A DNA stretch of 64,000 nucleotides from Pocillopora damicornis. Lineage: Eukaryota. The DNA lies in contig NW_020843537.1 of the NCBI RefSeq assembly GCF_003704095.1, positions 62,001 through 126,000 on the forward strand. Reading direction: 5' to 3'. Below the pieces are notes generated by a model. That model was not told where the DNA came from and searched no databases. It saw only the letters and a list, made by a program, of their open reading frames with translations. Of the stretch, positions 48,936 to 62,500 are shown in pieces (the stretch's first letter is position 1; every line of letters starts with the position of its first letter). Made by a program: the position numbers and the translations under genes.

Positions 48936-51367
48936 TTATGCTAAGTCCCTTTGTTTGCCATGTTCATCCTGTAGGTGTGACATGAGATTACGACCCTGGC
49001 ACAATGCTTGGTAGAAACTTTGAATTTCAGCAAATGATGATTCAATATGAGACAGGACAGTAAGCTAGAAATAGATGATGGTTGAATATACATAAATGGG
49101 GAGGTATTTCAAAGAGTTAACGTTCTTTTCAAAAGAAGATTTTCACCTATTTCTTGGGAACATACTAGCAAGTTTTCGTTTCACTCAACAGTTTATTACT
49201 TATCACAGAGTCAAGGATTTAAACTAATCGCAGTGTTGTGGGGCCTGTTGCAAAACTTCAAGAATAGAGTGACCAAAGTATAAGGTTGCTTAAAAAGTTA
49301 ACCTTTTTGAATTTTTAAGCTAATACTGATTTTTCACTCTAATTTAAGATCATATATCATGAAATATACCAATTCTGATAGCTGATAAAATAAAATACTG
49401 TAACAAATAATGAAAAAAAATAAGGTCACACCAAGATAATTTTTGTAGCAAGACTGTCGCTTTGAACTGTTAAATCAGGTTAACTCTGACATAGATCAAA
49501 CTTTTAGACACATATTCAAGTCAAATGGATGCAAGTCACTAATTTGATTTAAAAAAAAAACAGATGTAGAATTATGTACACTAAAGAAAATTGCATTAAT
49601 AGAAAGATCTGAATCATAATATGCCAAAAGTTGAATTTAAATGACAAAAAATTGTACCAACCAATTGACCATCTGCAAGTGAAAAGTTCTTTATCCACAT
49701 CATGTTCTCCAGCAGAGTTGGAAAGTTTGCTAAATTAGATGCAATCATAGGCAGAACCTCAGCTGTGTTCCTGAAGTAAACAATAAACAGTGTAATGAGC
49801 TTGAGGTATCAAATAAATTAAATGAACAGTGGAAAGAACAGAGTGAATATCAAGAAATCTTTGAAGCTTGACAAGACCACTTGAGAGTCTAGGCAAGTCA
49901 AAAAGTTAAAGGACAAATTTCAAACAAATCAAAGCCTGGGAGATTCAATTATCTTGCACACTGAGTAAATTTTTGACTGTCTTTTCAATTTTGACCCTCC
50001 ACTTTAACAACATGAAGCCTTCAAGATTTCCCTTAGCCAAAAGAAAGCTTCTTTGAATTCTTACTTGTGATGTGCAGCATCTATTTCCAGGAATTCTCCT
50101 ACAAAAGGCTGTTGCAATCTTGAAATAAGCTCATCCTTTTTCTCAATAATAGCAGACAGCTGATTAGATAACTGCTCTAGCTGTTGACACTTACTTCCTG
50201 CACAATCAACAAAAGCATATAAAATTATGAAGCAAATAAAGCATTCACAATATACGCAGAATTGTTACAAAGCCTTACAATAACCTTTAACCTTATCTTG
50301 TACATGATGTACTTTTAATGACCAAAATTAGAAAATCATTTAAGTTATGGTCAAAGTTAACTTACCAAGTAAATCAACATGAGTTATGTCCCTTGTTTCA
50401 GCATCTTTCAAATGGCACTGAATTTCTAGATTTACCTAAAATTTAAGTGATAAAAGAAATTCAAAGAGTACACTGGGGCTTTTTAGGTTTAACCCTATAA
50501 CTTCCAAGATCTGATTGTTAATTCTCCCCTCTTGATGCTACCTAATTTCTGGTTAATAACATACAAGAATTTGGTGTTAGATCAAGATTATAACTTCTTC
50601 CTGACATCTTTGAATATTCTCATTACCAGCTTGGTTGATAATGTATAGATATTATAGAGAGAAGGTACATGTTAATCAGCTCTGGGAGTTTATGGGTTAT
50701 TAGGACACATCAGGCTGAGAGTTCCAGTGGTATGTTATAAAGACAGGTCAAAGCAACAGTTTACTTGTACAGTAACTAGTTTGAACTAAGGAGTAAGACA
50801 TGATCATGCAGTCTGGTCATCCAAACAAGAGAAGTCCTGAAAATAACTGTTTTAGGTAAAGTCAGTAGTCAAATTACCTTGTCTAGAGCTTTGCCAAGTC
50901 TTGTGATTTCTCTCAGTAATCTAATTAAAGACACTGAAGGAGATGTCATCTCAACTCTTCGACGAATTCCTTCAATGTCAACATTTTTCTGCTCATAAAA
51001 TAAATAGTAAAATTGAAACGATAAGATGAACTTAAAACTTTTGATAGGCAACATAAAAACCAACAATTAAATGAAAAGGTTTATCTGTTCCTGTGACAAT
51101 TAAGTCATAGGAGTTTGAAAATAGTAATGTTCTTCTCTTTCCCGTTATTTTTGGCCGCTATACATTTGTTTTTAATCGTACGGTAACGCGGAAAATAGGC
51201 TTAAAACTAAGCTTCGGCAGATTGTTAAAAGTACTTTCGCTTACTCTATCAATATGGCCCGTCTTTTCGGCAAAATTCACAATATTTTGCAAGGAGCCAA
51301 CATTGATGTACGTAGAAGACGGTGACCATGGGTTGGAAGTATCTTCCACGAAGGAAGAACGAAACAT
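48936..51367 (-). CDS. HAUS2: HAUS augmin-like complex subunit 2 (six exons, 224 aa)
   Basis: GT-AG exons 51367-51245, 50988-50878, 50435-50366, 50197-50065, 49770-49662 and 49064-48936 join in frame (675 nt). Protein has NPWSP, VNLEIQ and DITHVDLLGSKCQQLEQLSNQLSAIIEKKDELISRLQQPFVGEFLEIDAAHH, matching the HAUS2/CEP27 pattern. Confidence 0.88.
50493..50696. mobile_element. piggyBac-like MITE in HAUS2 intron 2
   Basis: TTAA|CCCTATAACTTCCAAGA ... TCTGGGAGTTTATGGG|TTAT; inverted homolog at 59366-59541. Confidence 0.75.
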
Positions 51368-51882
51368 CGCCCCCTGAAATCAAATAAGTATTCACACTTA
51401 TGTTTAAGAAAAAATATGGCGGATTCAGTAGTTTGGAACTCCCGCCTGCCGCGCGAAAAGGTGGTAAACAGGGTACGGAGGGTGGGGATACTAACTTTTA
51501 AGCAGGAATCATTATATTTCTTCTTTAAAACATGACATGAAAATTTGGTAATTTATTCTAAATAATGGAAGGAGTTCCGGCGTAACCTCTATAATTCAGA
51601 AGTTTCATTTGAACATCTGGAAATTCGGTATGGAAGTTCCTACTCAGCCTGTCCTGGAAAGTGAGTTTTTAGTGTTTTTCAAACGAGGCCACTACATAAA
51701 CATGGCGGTATCATGATGAATGAAAGGTCAGTAAGACGAAGGAAAACCAATCTATTACAAGGCAGCTCCATGTAATTGCTAAAATTTTTGTCTTCTTCTT
51801 CTTAAAGATAAACGATGAAACGGCTGTTGGCTTTTACGAAACGTCTTAAGTTTCCCGGCAAGTGTGCAAAACAGCTGAAAGC
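51368..51882. promoter_or_regulatory. Probable bidirectional promoter (HAUS2 / F-box gene)
   Basis: ~515 bp between divergent start codons; YY1-like AANATGGCGG motifs at ~51413 and ~51699. Confidence 0.5.
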
Positions 51883-53164
51883 ATGACTTCACTTGAGCTG
51901 GAAAACTACCGTCTTTCAGATGCATTTCATACCTCGTTACCTTCGGAACTGTGGTTGGCTATTTTAAAGAACTTAAATCCTGTTTCCGACGATCTCTTAT
52001 CTCTAAGTTTAGTATGTAAGAAGTGGCGAGAACTTATCTTTTCAAACCCCGATCCTGCTCTTTGGCAAAACATTACACTGGCGAATTTCAGAAACTGCAG
52101 CTACGAGAACTTAACCCTCGTGAGGTTCCGAAACATTCTTAAAAGATTTGGGTATCTTTTGAAAGTCATTCGACTACAGAAATGCCACGAATTGTTCACT
52201 GAGATGCTGCTCGCTCATGTTTCTTCTCTGACAGCTTTGACTAGCCTTGAAATAACTGGAATGGTGTGGTCGAAAAAGCTACTCAGAATGTTAAGATGTC
52301 CAAAATCCCTCAGGAATGTATTTTTGGAGGCCTCCTTAACATCAGATGGGCTCTTCAACCATGATGATTTGCAGTACACAGTAGAAAATTTTCCACAAGT
52401 GAAAAACTTTGGCTTGCAATTTTCAGTTATCAAGGCAGATTCTGTAGCCACAATTAAAGGTGTTGTGTCTTCCAAGTACAGTCACCACATAACTTGTCTT
52501 TTGCTGGAAAGGGTAAAAATGGAGTGTACCGATCTGCAAGATGCGGTGAAGAAATTAAAAGGACTGAGAAAATTTGGTTATGGCAGTGATCAAATTTATG
52601 GTCTTCCATCTCGGCATCTTCTGCAGTTAAACTCTAAATCATTGCAGGAAGTTGAGCTTTTCCAAGTAGGGGATTTTTCAAAGTTTCATCTTGTATTTCC
52701 ATGCCTGAAAAAACTAACCATGAATGCATGCACATCTGTTGGGGAACTGAACATTGAGGCACCAGGGTTAAGAACTCTGTATCTCTCACTATGTGTTGAA
52801 GTGCACAACTTCAGAGGAATTTCAGCAAGCTTCTTGCATGAGATGAAAGTCAGAAGATGCCATGCACTCATCCAGGCTGAACTTATTGGTCTCTTGATAA
52901 AAAATCCAGATATCAAGGTGTTAGAGCTTGAGGTGTACTGGCCAACTTTACGACTTGATCAAATTTCTACTCCATCACTTGAAAACATTACTATATTTGA
53001 TAATGGTGAGCGTTTGACATCTGTTGATGTCCGTTGTCCCAAACTTCAACAGCTCATTATCAAGAAGTCAATGACAAGATCAACCATCTTGAAAGCGGTG
53101 TCAATATTGTCGCACAATGTCAAAAAGGTTGTCCTAAATGATGTACCCTACCTTCAGAAAGTCA
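51883..53164 (+). CDS. F-box / leucine-rich-repeat protein (3' end in gap)
   Basis: F-box LPSELWLAILKNL...LSLVCKKWRELI followed by LxxLxL-type repeats (LKKLTMNACTSV, LRTLYLSLC, CPKLQQLII); in-frame TAA at 51847 places the first ATG at 51883. Confidence 0.85.
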
Positions 53165-54229
53165 NNNNNNNNNNNNNNNNNNNNNNNNNNNNNNNNNNNN
53201 NNNNNNNNNNNNNNNNNNNNNNNNNNNNNNNNNNNNNNNNNNNNNNNNNNNNNNNNNNNNNNNNCCTTCAAGTGAGGTATCTTTTTTAAAATTTCATTTC
53301 ATTTTTTTTAATTATGAAGTTATAAGAGTACAAGAAATGACCAAATCTGGTGAGGAAGCCCATGGGAAATCACAGGGCTTTGCCTTATGAACTCCCACTA
53401 GCAAATATTATAGCCTCAATTTTTCATATGATTCTTTTCCATGGGTTTAATTTTTTTTTAAGTGAGAAACAGTCCAATAGTCCTCTGAGGGCTGGATCAT
53501 TTTCTTCATTTTCCTTTTTCTCCTTTGTTTTCTTTCAAAATGATTAAAATGCTTTACAATTTTACATCAAAATGGTGAAACCTAACTTCTAGGGAACTTC
53601 AACAGTCTCCTTTTCAACCTGAAATTTTCTTATGGCTGGTAAGTATGGTCTTTTATTGAAAGAGGAAATGAGTCATACATTGAAATTTTTGGACTTAACT
53701 AGTGAAAATTCACAACAAGATTTATGTTGATATGTGATTGAAATTAAGATGTAATAGGTAGTACAGAAGCATATTTTCATGTCATCTCCCACAAAGGACA
53801 ATAAAAATGACTTTCTGTTTTTTAGAAAATGTGTGTTGCCAACTGGAAAATAGCTGTCATTTCTATCCAGCTTGGATTTTGCAAATAATGATAATTAAAT
53901 TAAATTTCATTTCGACTGTAAATTAAGCATTTAATTTATTATCAATGATATTTAATCAATTGGAGCATTCAATTAATCTTTTAAATTTTATTTATGTCAG
54001 GTTTCAAAAAATAGGATAATTAAAACCACCATATAAATTCTATTGTATATACTGTTATTCAAGAACCATTGAAAATAAAGTTGTGAATCCAAAGTTGAAT
54101 TGCCTTATGTGGTATAACTTTCAGCAAGCCATTGCCCCTCAGACGGTGTACTATTTGATTTACCACCATGAACTTAGCCAGTCAGTCAGTCATTTAGATA
54201 GTTTTTTAGGGTGATTTTAGACAGTGGTG

Positions 54230-55575
54230 TCCCACTTAAGACCACTGTCCAATTTTAAACACTAGTGGCCAATCCGAGAGAGGGTTGTCCCATTTTAGAA
54301 ACTAATGTCCAATTTTAGACGCAGGTGTCTGATTTTGGACACTAGGCTCCAATCACAGACCAATTTCCAATTTTAGACTGTAATGTTCCATTATAGAAAC
54401 TGTTGCTTCTTTTCAATTTTTAAGACTTTAGTGTCTCATTCCCCATTTTAGACATTAGTGTCTAATTTTAGATCCCAGAGTCTGATTTTAGACACTAGTC
54501 TCCAATTGTAGACTCTTGTCTCCAATGTAAACATCACAGACCAATTTCCAATTTTAGACTGTAGTGTCCATTATAGAAACGTGCTTCTTTTCCATTTTGA
54601 AACATTAGTGTCCAATTTCTGATTTTAGACACAAGTGTTTGATNNNNNNNNNNNNNNNNNNNNNNNNNNNNNNNNNNNNNNNNNNNNNNNNNNNNNNNNN
54701 NNNNNNNNNNNNNNNNNNNNNNNNNNNNNNNNNNNNNNNNNNNNNNNNNNNNNNNNNNNNNNNNNNNNNNNNNNNNNNNNNNNNNNNNNNNNNNNNNNNN
54801 NNNNNNNNNNNNNNNNNNNNNNNNNNNNNNNNNNNNNNNNNNNNNNNNNNNNNNNNNNNNNNNNNNNNNNNNNNNNNNNNNNNNNNNNNNNNNNNNNNNN
54901 NNNNNNNNNNNNNNNNNNNNNNNNNNNNNNNNNNNNNNNNNNNNNNNNNNNNNNNNNNNNNNNNNNNNNNNNNNNNNNNNNNNNNNNNNNNNNNNNNNNN
55001 NNNNNNNNNNNNNNNNNNNNNNNNNNNNNNNNNNNNNNNNNNNNNNNNNNNNNNNNNNNNNNNNNNNNNNNNNNNNNNNNNNNNNNNNNNNNNNNNNNNN
55101 NNNNNNNNNNNNNNNNNTTTTAGACACTAGTGTCCAATTTCCAATTTTAGACACCATTGTCCAATTTTAGACACTCATGTCCAATTTCCAGTTTTAGACA
55201 CTAGTTATTAATTTTAGACACTAGTGTCCAATTTCCAATCTAAGACACTTGTGTCCAATTTCCAATTTCAGATACTGGTATTCAATTTTAGACACTAGTG
55301 TCCAATTTCCAATTTTAGACACTAGTGCTTGATTTCCAACTATAGACACTAGTGTCCGATTTTCAATTTTAGGCACTTGTGTCCGGTATTTGACACTAGT
55401 GTCTGATTTCCGATTTTGGACACTAGCATTCAATTAAAGACTTTAGTGTTCGATGCAAGTACTGTCCGTTTCCGATTTTAGACAGTATTGTCTGACTTAA
55501 GACACTAGTGTCGGATTTTAAACAACAGTTTCTTATCTTGGACCCTGGCGTCCGATTTTTAAGACTAGCGTGCGC
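54230..55575. repeat. Degenerate minisatellite, 20/27-bp units GACACTAGTGTCCAATT(TCCAATT)TTA
   Basis: Many tandem units visible on both sides of the gap 54644-55117. Confidence 0.9.
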
Positions 55576-57449
55576 GTTTGGACACAAATTTTGTTTGATT
55601 TTGGGCACTGGTTTTATTTGGGCACGCCTCTCCAATTTCGGACGATATGGTGGTTTATCGTTAGATGTCAGTATTGTTCGATTTCAGGTACAAGATTTTA
55701 ATGGACCGTTTCATGAAGACTCAGTCGTGAGGAAATGTTCGCCATAGTGCTGTGATCGTTGACATATTCTTTTAGCTGAGTAATGATTACAATTATGACT
55801 TAGCTATATAATTTCTATAGCTGAGTAAGAGAGTAAGGGTGAAAAGAATTAGATTTGTCTCAAAAAAAGTAGTAAAGTCTTCACTGAACGTAGTAAAGCC
55901 TTCCAACTGTCCTTAAAATATGTATTTGCTGTCAAAGATAAGTGTATCTTGCGGGTATTCGTTAAAAGAAAAATTGGCATAAATATTTATCATAAGCATT
56001 TAAACTTATTCGTTAGTCGTAAAAGCTCACAACAATAATGCTGTCTTGTGTAAACTGATTTTTAATCATGCATAAATTACTCAGAAAGGTGGATCTGACA
56101 ACCGCCTCTGGAAAGAATCCACCGTTTCGATGGACTCCATTATGAGTACTAAGGTGGAAACACCAGTAAATTAGTTGCCACCTGAAAAGCCCTTGAAAAC
56201 TCATTAACTGATACCTCCAAAAGCGTTGTTATTATGTTTCTAAGGCAACAGTGGATAGGGTTTCGAGTGGATAGCGATTTGTGCAATGCGAGGGTAGCAA
56301 ATAACAGATCAAGGGTACTTGAAGTTGCTTAAGGTTTCCACTTTATTTTCCATTTTTTTCCCTACTTGGAAATGAGGGGAACTCTTTAAATTAGTTAAAA
56401 GAAATTAGAAGCTGGCGTCTGAAAAAGATTTTTTACAATTTAGAACTAAATGCCTCTTAGCTAAGCTTGTAAAGGTTTAAAAATCGACACGAAACATCAT
56501 GCTCTCTTTAATAGCATAATATTTCCGTATAGGAAGTCGTTTTTTTTTTCTCTGTTTTTTTCCTAAGGAAAGTGAAATCATGGGCTCAGTCTATGATACT
56601 AATCCAAAGTCTCTTACTCGATGCCAACAAATATGTGCAAAAGCCAACAAGTTTTTTTTTTTTTTTTCATTATCCTTTATATCTCGGGATTTTGCTTTTC
56701 AAAATATATTAAAATGTTTTATCACAAAGATCGCTGAACATCGAGTGCCTGTCCATGGGTAACTTGAAACCGCAAGATAAAACAGAACTTGCTGGGAGCC
56801 TTAACTTCGTTCCTTATCGATGCTTCATAAGATGTTGTGTTGGCTTAGAGTATGATACATATATGTCGCTTGGGTCTCCATAATTAGCTGCCGGGCAAAA
56901 ATTTGTCTTGCATGTTTTTAGGTCGTTTTTGAAGCTATTGTCAGAGTTGATTTTTTTCCGAACAAAAACATCTTCCATATATAATTAATATATGGACTTT
57001 CTTGTTTAGTTTACAAAAGTGAATTTTGTTTTTCGGGCTTTTCGTCAACATGGCAGGTGTTCGCTTTCAATTAAGTTGTCTGTCGAATTGCATGTTTTTC
57101 AGGGATGGGTAGGGGAATATTAAAAACAATAGTAAAATCAATTTAAAAAGGGCTGCTTGTTTGATTTTCTGCGGTGGCAAACTGTTATGATAATCGATTA
57201 TAGAGATTAAGAGAGCTTTTTAGAATTTTTTTTGAAAATAAAGATGAAAGAGGAACTGACGAAACTATCTTCTCTCTCCCCTCCCCTAGTTACCAGTATA
57301 ACCTGTGTCTGTTATACCATGTGGTCTGCGGGAAATGATTGGCGCGGATTCAGGACAGTTTGCATGGGTCTTGTTCTTGACAGCGAGAAAATTTTAACAT
57401 TTCTTTGCTTTGCGTTGTCGGTCATTTACGGTTTGTGTCCGATCAGCCG

Positions 57450-57545
57450 ATGGAACAACAAGTTCTGAGCTCGTTACCCGCGGAGATTGCTCCGTCGGGA
57501 GGCGGAACGGCAGAAATCGGGTCGATCTCGAAGGAAAGTGAACTG
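57450..57545 (+). CDS. Probable first coding exon of an unidentified gene (MEQQVLSSLPAEIAPSGGGTAEIGSISKESEL)
   Basis: Local GC/CpG rise; ATG followed by G (+4); consensus donor CTG|GTAAGT; followed by >6 kb of AT-rich DNA without convincing exons. Confidence 0.45.
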
Positions 57546-59365
57546 GTAAGTTTTGGTGACTTTTGTGGTTCAGCTGCATCGTACGTATCTTTGACAGTTG
57601 GTTAATTATCATCGTTGAACACTAACATAAAATCTTTAAAATATCCAGCCTCATATACGTCTGACAACACAGACGAACAGTTCTTGAATCCTTCTAAAGT
57701 TCTGAATCTTATAACAGTTTCATCAAAAGTGTCAAGTCATGATCTGACACATTCGGGATGTTGTTGATGCCCAACTAAGGATCTACAGGTCATAATCGAA
57801 ACAAAAATAAATGTTGATTTCCAGTTTGCGGCTCCAAACAGAACCCGGATCTAGTTTACCTGAGTGAACTGAAGTAAAATATCGAAGACGTGATATTTGA
57901 GCTCTTGATTGTTCTGTTAGCGTATCGATGGGCGATGAAATCAGTCTGGTCGTTTGCTACACTACACTGTTTATACTCAAACGTAGTCTTTGTGAAATAT
58001 GCGGTGATTATTAGTTCACTAGTTTCGTTGGTATTTTGTGCTAAGAATATCTAGCTTTCTCTGTATTTGTGCATCGGAAGGAAAAACGCACGCAACATTT
58101 CCGCTTTCATTTGAATTCTATGTTTAATTTTCATCGTTAAGAAAAATACCACCGCAGGCCTTGTGACGTTTGCTATAATTTTTGGCCGAGTGATAAATAT
58201 TGTCACTTTCGTTTATTTGATCGGCGAGAACGCGATAGACTTCCGCTAGCCTAAACGACTTAAGACAAATTGCATCTGGTACACCGTCCGATTAAATGAT
58301 AGTATCATATTTTGCATCGCGATAAGCTTGAGAGCTTCCTCCCGCGACCAAACACGAACGGAATTAGTGAGGTTATCGAACATTTCATCGATCTATCTGC
58401 AGTGAATGGTTATCTTGTAATAAAATGAGTAATGTGGCTGGAGAAAGACAGTTTACCTTTATTGTGCTCTAGACAAGTGTCATATGTCTGACAGGTCAAG
58501 ATTTGAAGTAATAATAAAATCTTGATTAAAAGTATTCATTACAAAGACACGGACTATACGCATTGTAGAAAAGGCGTCCGTTGGAACATTGGCCAAACAA
58601 CAGTTTGTTTCTGTGATCTTATTCCTAATTACCGTTCAAATTGAATGGAATCCGCTCCTGAATTTATCTGCAAAGTTTGTGGAAACACGATGTTGGCCCA
58701 AGAAACATATCAGGTTTGAAATCACAAACAATGTCATACACGCAATAAACAATCTCGACGTTCAAAGCACTTCACTCAGATAGTATTGGGTTTTGCTTGG
58801 AATATTTGTACTTTTCGCACAGGAGCTATGCAGTTAATTATTCATTTTTAGGCAGTACTCCAGGAATGCACATGCCGGCTTCTTTTTAGACAAAGGGTAA
58901 CTCAAGTGAGTGAGATTGAATGTCAGAATATTGCAGCTTTACTCAGCAACAACGTAAAGGATTTACAGTTAAAGATACTTAAGAATCATTGAAACTCAAC
59001 ACTCACATAACTTTGGCAGGGTCAAAGTTGGAAAAAGAAGTAGTTACAGATAGAAATCAAGTTATATTCTGATTGAGAACAGTATTGTGTCTGTTAATTT
59101 TATCCCTGGAACACAGGGGCGTATAACACCTTGAGAGTTCTGACCTCAAACATAGTCATACTGTGTTGAAAACAAATTTAGTTCACTCAAAGTAAATTAT
59201 TACACATTTTTTACAACATGAATGTATAAATGCAGATTTTATTTACTGAAGAGACCACTTTGGGAAGCCACAAAATGTCAATTTTTCCATTTCATGTTCC
59301 TCAAGTGTTATAGGTAAATTTTTTTCTCAAAGTGGCATTTTCTAAAAAATTGAAAAATTCATCAA

Positions 59366-59541
59366 CCCTTTAACTCCCAGAAGTGATCAACATGAAACTT
59401 CTCCTAATAATATCCTATATTCAAACTTATTAGGTACAAGTTGTTGTCTTGATCTAACACCAAATTCTCTTAACTAATCTAAAAGAAAATGTGTTGTAGC
59501 TAGAGGAGAGAATTACTAATCAGATTTTGAGAGTTAAAAGG
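59366..59541. mobile_element. piggyBac-like MITE
   Basis: TCAA|CCCTTTAACTCCCAGA ... GAGAGTTAAAAGG|TTAA; reverse-oriented homolog of 50493-50696. Confidence 0.75.
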
Positions 59542-62500
59542 TTAATTAAAGAAAGTGAAATCTAATCCATGCTGTAGAGAGTTGTCAAACTCACATTCCA
59601 GATATGTTCCAGATATGTGTGAGGCTTCCTGTTCATTAGTTATGAAATGAACACATTTCTATTCTTTCTAAAGAAAATAAACCTTACCACAATTGTTGTG
59701 GCCTAAGGTCTCTTTTTTAAGTAATTATTTTTTTTTAATTATTATGAGAGGCTGGAACAAATTTCTAAAATTGACTGGAATGAAAAATGTAACTTATCAT
59801 AATGACAATTTTCAAAAGAAAATGTCCCTATGATATAAGGGTTTGTGGATGTGGTGTTGTGCTGTATCCTTGGTTGATGTTTTTCATCTCTAAATTTATT
59901 TTGTAGTCTGATATTTTATGAACAAAAAGGAGTTTTAAGCCATTAATATTTAAGCCCCCCTGGTTCAAAATGAGGTTTTGGTCATTATGCTTGGAAAATA
60001 AATATTATAATAGCTATTTGCTTGAGTTCTGTATTTCATGTAATTTAGACAATTGGTGATAATGACAATTATATTTTCACTTTAATGAAGAAGTTTGAAT
60101 CTCTTGCCAAAACCAAGATCATGTCATGTTTTTTAATTTACATTTTAAGTGTAAAATCACAAAACCACAGAGAGACAAAATGACCATTGTTACATGAAAA
60201 GCAGTGTTTTTTTGCATAAGAATTAGCAACTGATTTGTGTCTTGTCTTTTAAAAAAAATAATTTTGGAATGTTGTAGTGTTACCCATTGCTTAAGTAACA
60301 TAATCTCGTGGCCTGATATGCACTCTGAAGACAAGTACTAGCACATCTGTGCCGTGTGGTGTTTGTCTTTGATCTATGATTGGCTCAATAGTCAATATGA
60401 AATAAATTTAATAATGAGCTTGGATTGTATAATTGAGTCTCATTTACTCTTAATAATAAAAAAGCTCATTACTCCATTTACACTCGGTGTCATTCATATC
60501 CCGATTTGCTCCAGATGTGATGGACTTCTACGGAATTTATGTAAGTCTCGTATACTTTTTTGTGAGGAACTACAACACAGGATATATGAAATCCTCATTT
60601 TTTTATGTTGGTATCTTGTAAATACATTGCAAATATGTGCATATCATGTACAGTTATTTAAGACAGTCTTGCATTTCTCATTTAGCAAAGAATTTTTGTG
60701 TCTGGGAATCAATCTGTACTGTGACCGTCTGTGAAATCTTCCCTAAACCTAGGAATTTTTTTTTTGTTGGGAACAGTACTTCCTTCTCAATTTGAGCAAC
60801 TGTTCAATGATGTATAATCTTGCCAATTGAACAGATAGAATAAGTACAGTGTAAGTGCCAGCACTTTGTTTCAATACAAATTTCAGTCATTAATTTTGAA
60901 TTTGAATCAGATCACAAAGGAATTGGAAAAACAAATAAGGATAAATTTCAAGTCATGCATCCAATTGAATCTCCATGCTTTGTGGGTTAACTGATGTTTT
61001 GTGTAATAGTGTGGAAACATGAATCACAATGTTCTTATGTTTTTTAATTTAACACTGAGAGTTTTCAAAAATATATCCTGACACAAAACAAATGTTTTGC
61101 TTTTTTGTAAGCTATACATTTTGAAATATTCATGAATTTGTCATTTTTTTTTTCAAGCCTTAATTATTTCTTAAATGCAAAGAAGATTACAGCTTTTAAA
61201 TTTCTGTTGTCTGCATGCAATTATAGCTTACTTTCTTTTAGGAAAATTAAGTTGTAAATGCATGATGCTGTATTGAGATGAAAGTTCTTTCTGGTATGAT
61301 TTAAAATAGGCTAAAAAGAGGGGAAAAAACTGAGGAGACTGAATTATCATTACAGACTGAATTATCATCCAACAAGGAACAATGTAGCTATTGAATCCAA
61401 ATTATTTCTTCAAGGAGCTTAAAATACTTCAGAGGTAGTTGATATTTTTGAAGTAAGGAAACTAATTCTTGTGTTATTTCCTTTGCCATCTTTTCACCTT
61501 ATTCGTTATTATCTCCACATTGTATTTCTTCTTTAAATTTAAAAAATGCATGTGTATAGAAGGTGGAATTGGCAGAAAATAAACTTTAGGAAACCCAATG
61601 ATTGAGAAAAACAATAAGCTGTTCATTAATTAATGTGGGAAGTGATAATCACTCCATTAAATATTTGAAGCCACTATGTATTACATGATTATACAATTTG
61701 TCATATTCATTACAGAGAAATACTTAGAGGGCAGAGGGAGAAGCTTTAATGAACTGTTATTTTACTTTTCCTCTTATCCTTTTTCTACAGCAGAACTTGA
61801 TGTTATCAGTTGTAAAATAACAATTAAAAGCTTAGGAATGAAGTAGTATAGAGAACAGACGTTTTGTAGAAGTATACGTGTAACCTTTCACATCTGAAGT
61901 AAAATTTTTTTTCTAGTTTTGAATTGGTATTGCTTAGTCAAGTTGAAATTTCCCATGTCTAATATTGAAACCGTCTATGAGAAATACTCTGCTTTGTTCA
62001 TCTTTAAATTAAGTTGTGAGATGTCGTAAAGTGTAAATAAGTGATAAATAGGTAAAAATGGTGCTTTGATTAGAACCATTAGGGGCATCGTGGAACATAA
62101 TTAAACTGTGCTACATGGTTAGTCATATCTCAAATTTAATTTCAACCAAAGGAAAGTGTGTCTAAACAGAGTTAGAAGAGATACCTGTTATAGAACGCAC
62201 TGAGCAGGTGAAAGAAGGTTCTCTCCCATCCCTTTGGCTCTGCTGTTGTGTACCAAGTTTAGTGACCCATGTCCCAATAGATCTTAAATTTAAATGTGAC
62301 AATTGCCCCAGTGCTGATGTTATGACTTGATTAACATACAAATTCTCAGAATATCATTGCCATGTTACCTTTTGTTTTGTTTGGAGAATTCCTAGTGAAT
62401 ATATATTCTACCAGTTGTTTGTTGATTTACTTTTTAATAGCCACAGTTGACATGATCAGTTGTTTGCAGTTTGTGTTTTGAAAACAGTTACAACATTTGT

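Noticed and set aside
53265-53900. Downstream exons of the F-box gene
   Set aside because: Candidate splice sites exist, but the frame cannot be fixed across the gap
54230-55575. CRISPR-like array or repeat-protein ORFs (55221..55433 etc.)
   Set aside because: Eukaryotic context; no unique spacers; the ORFs simply reflect the tandem repeat
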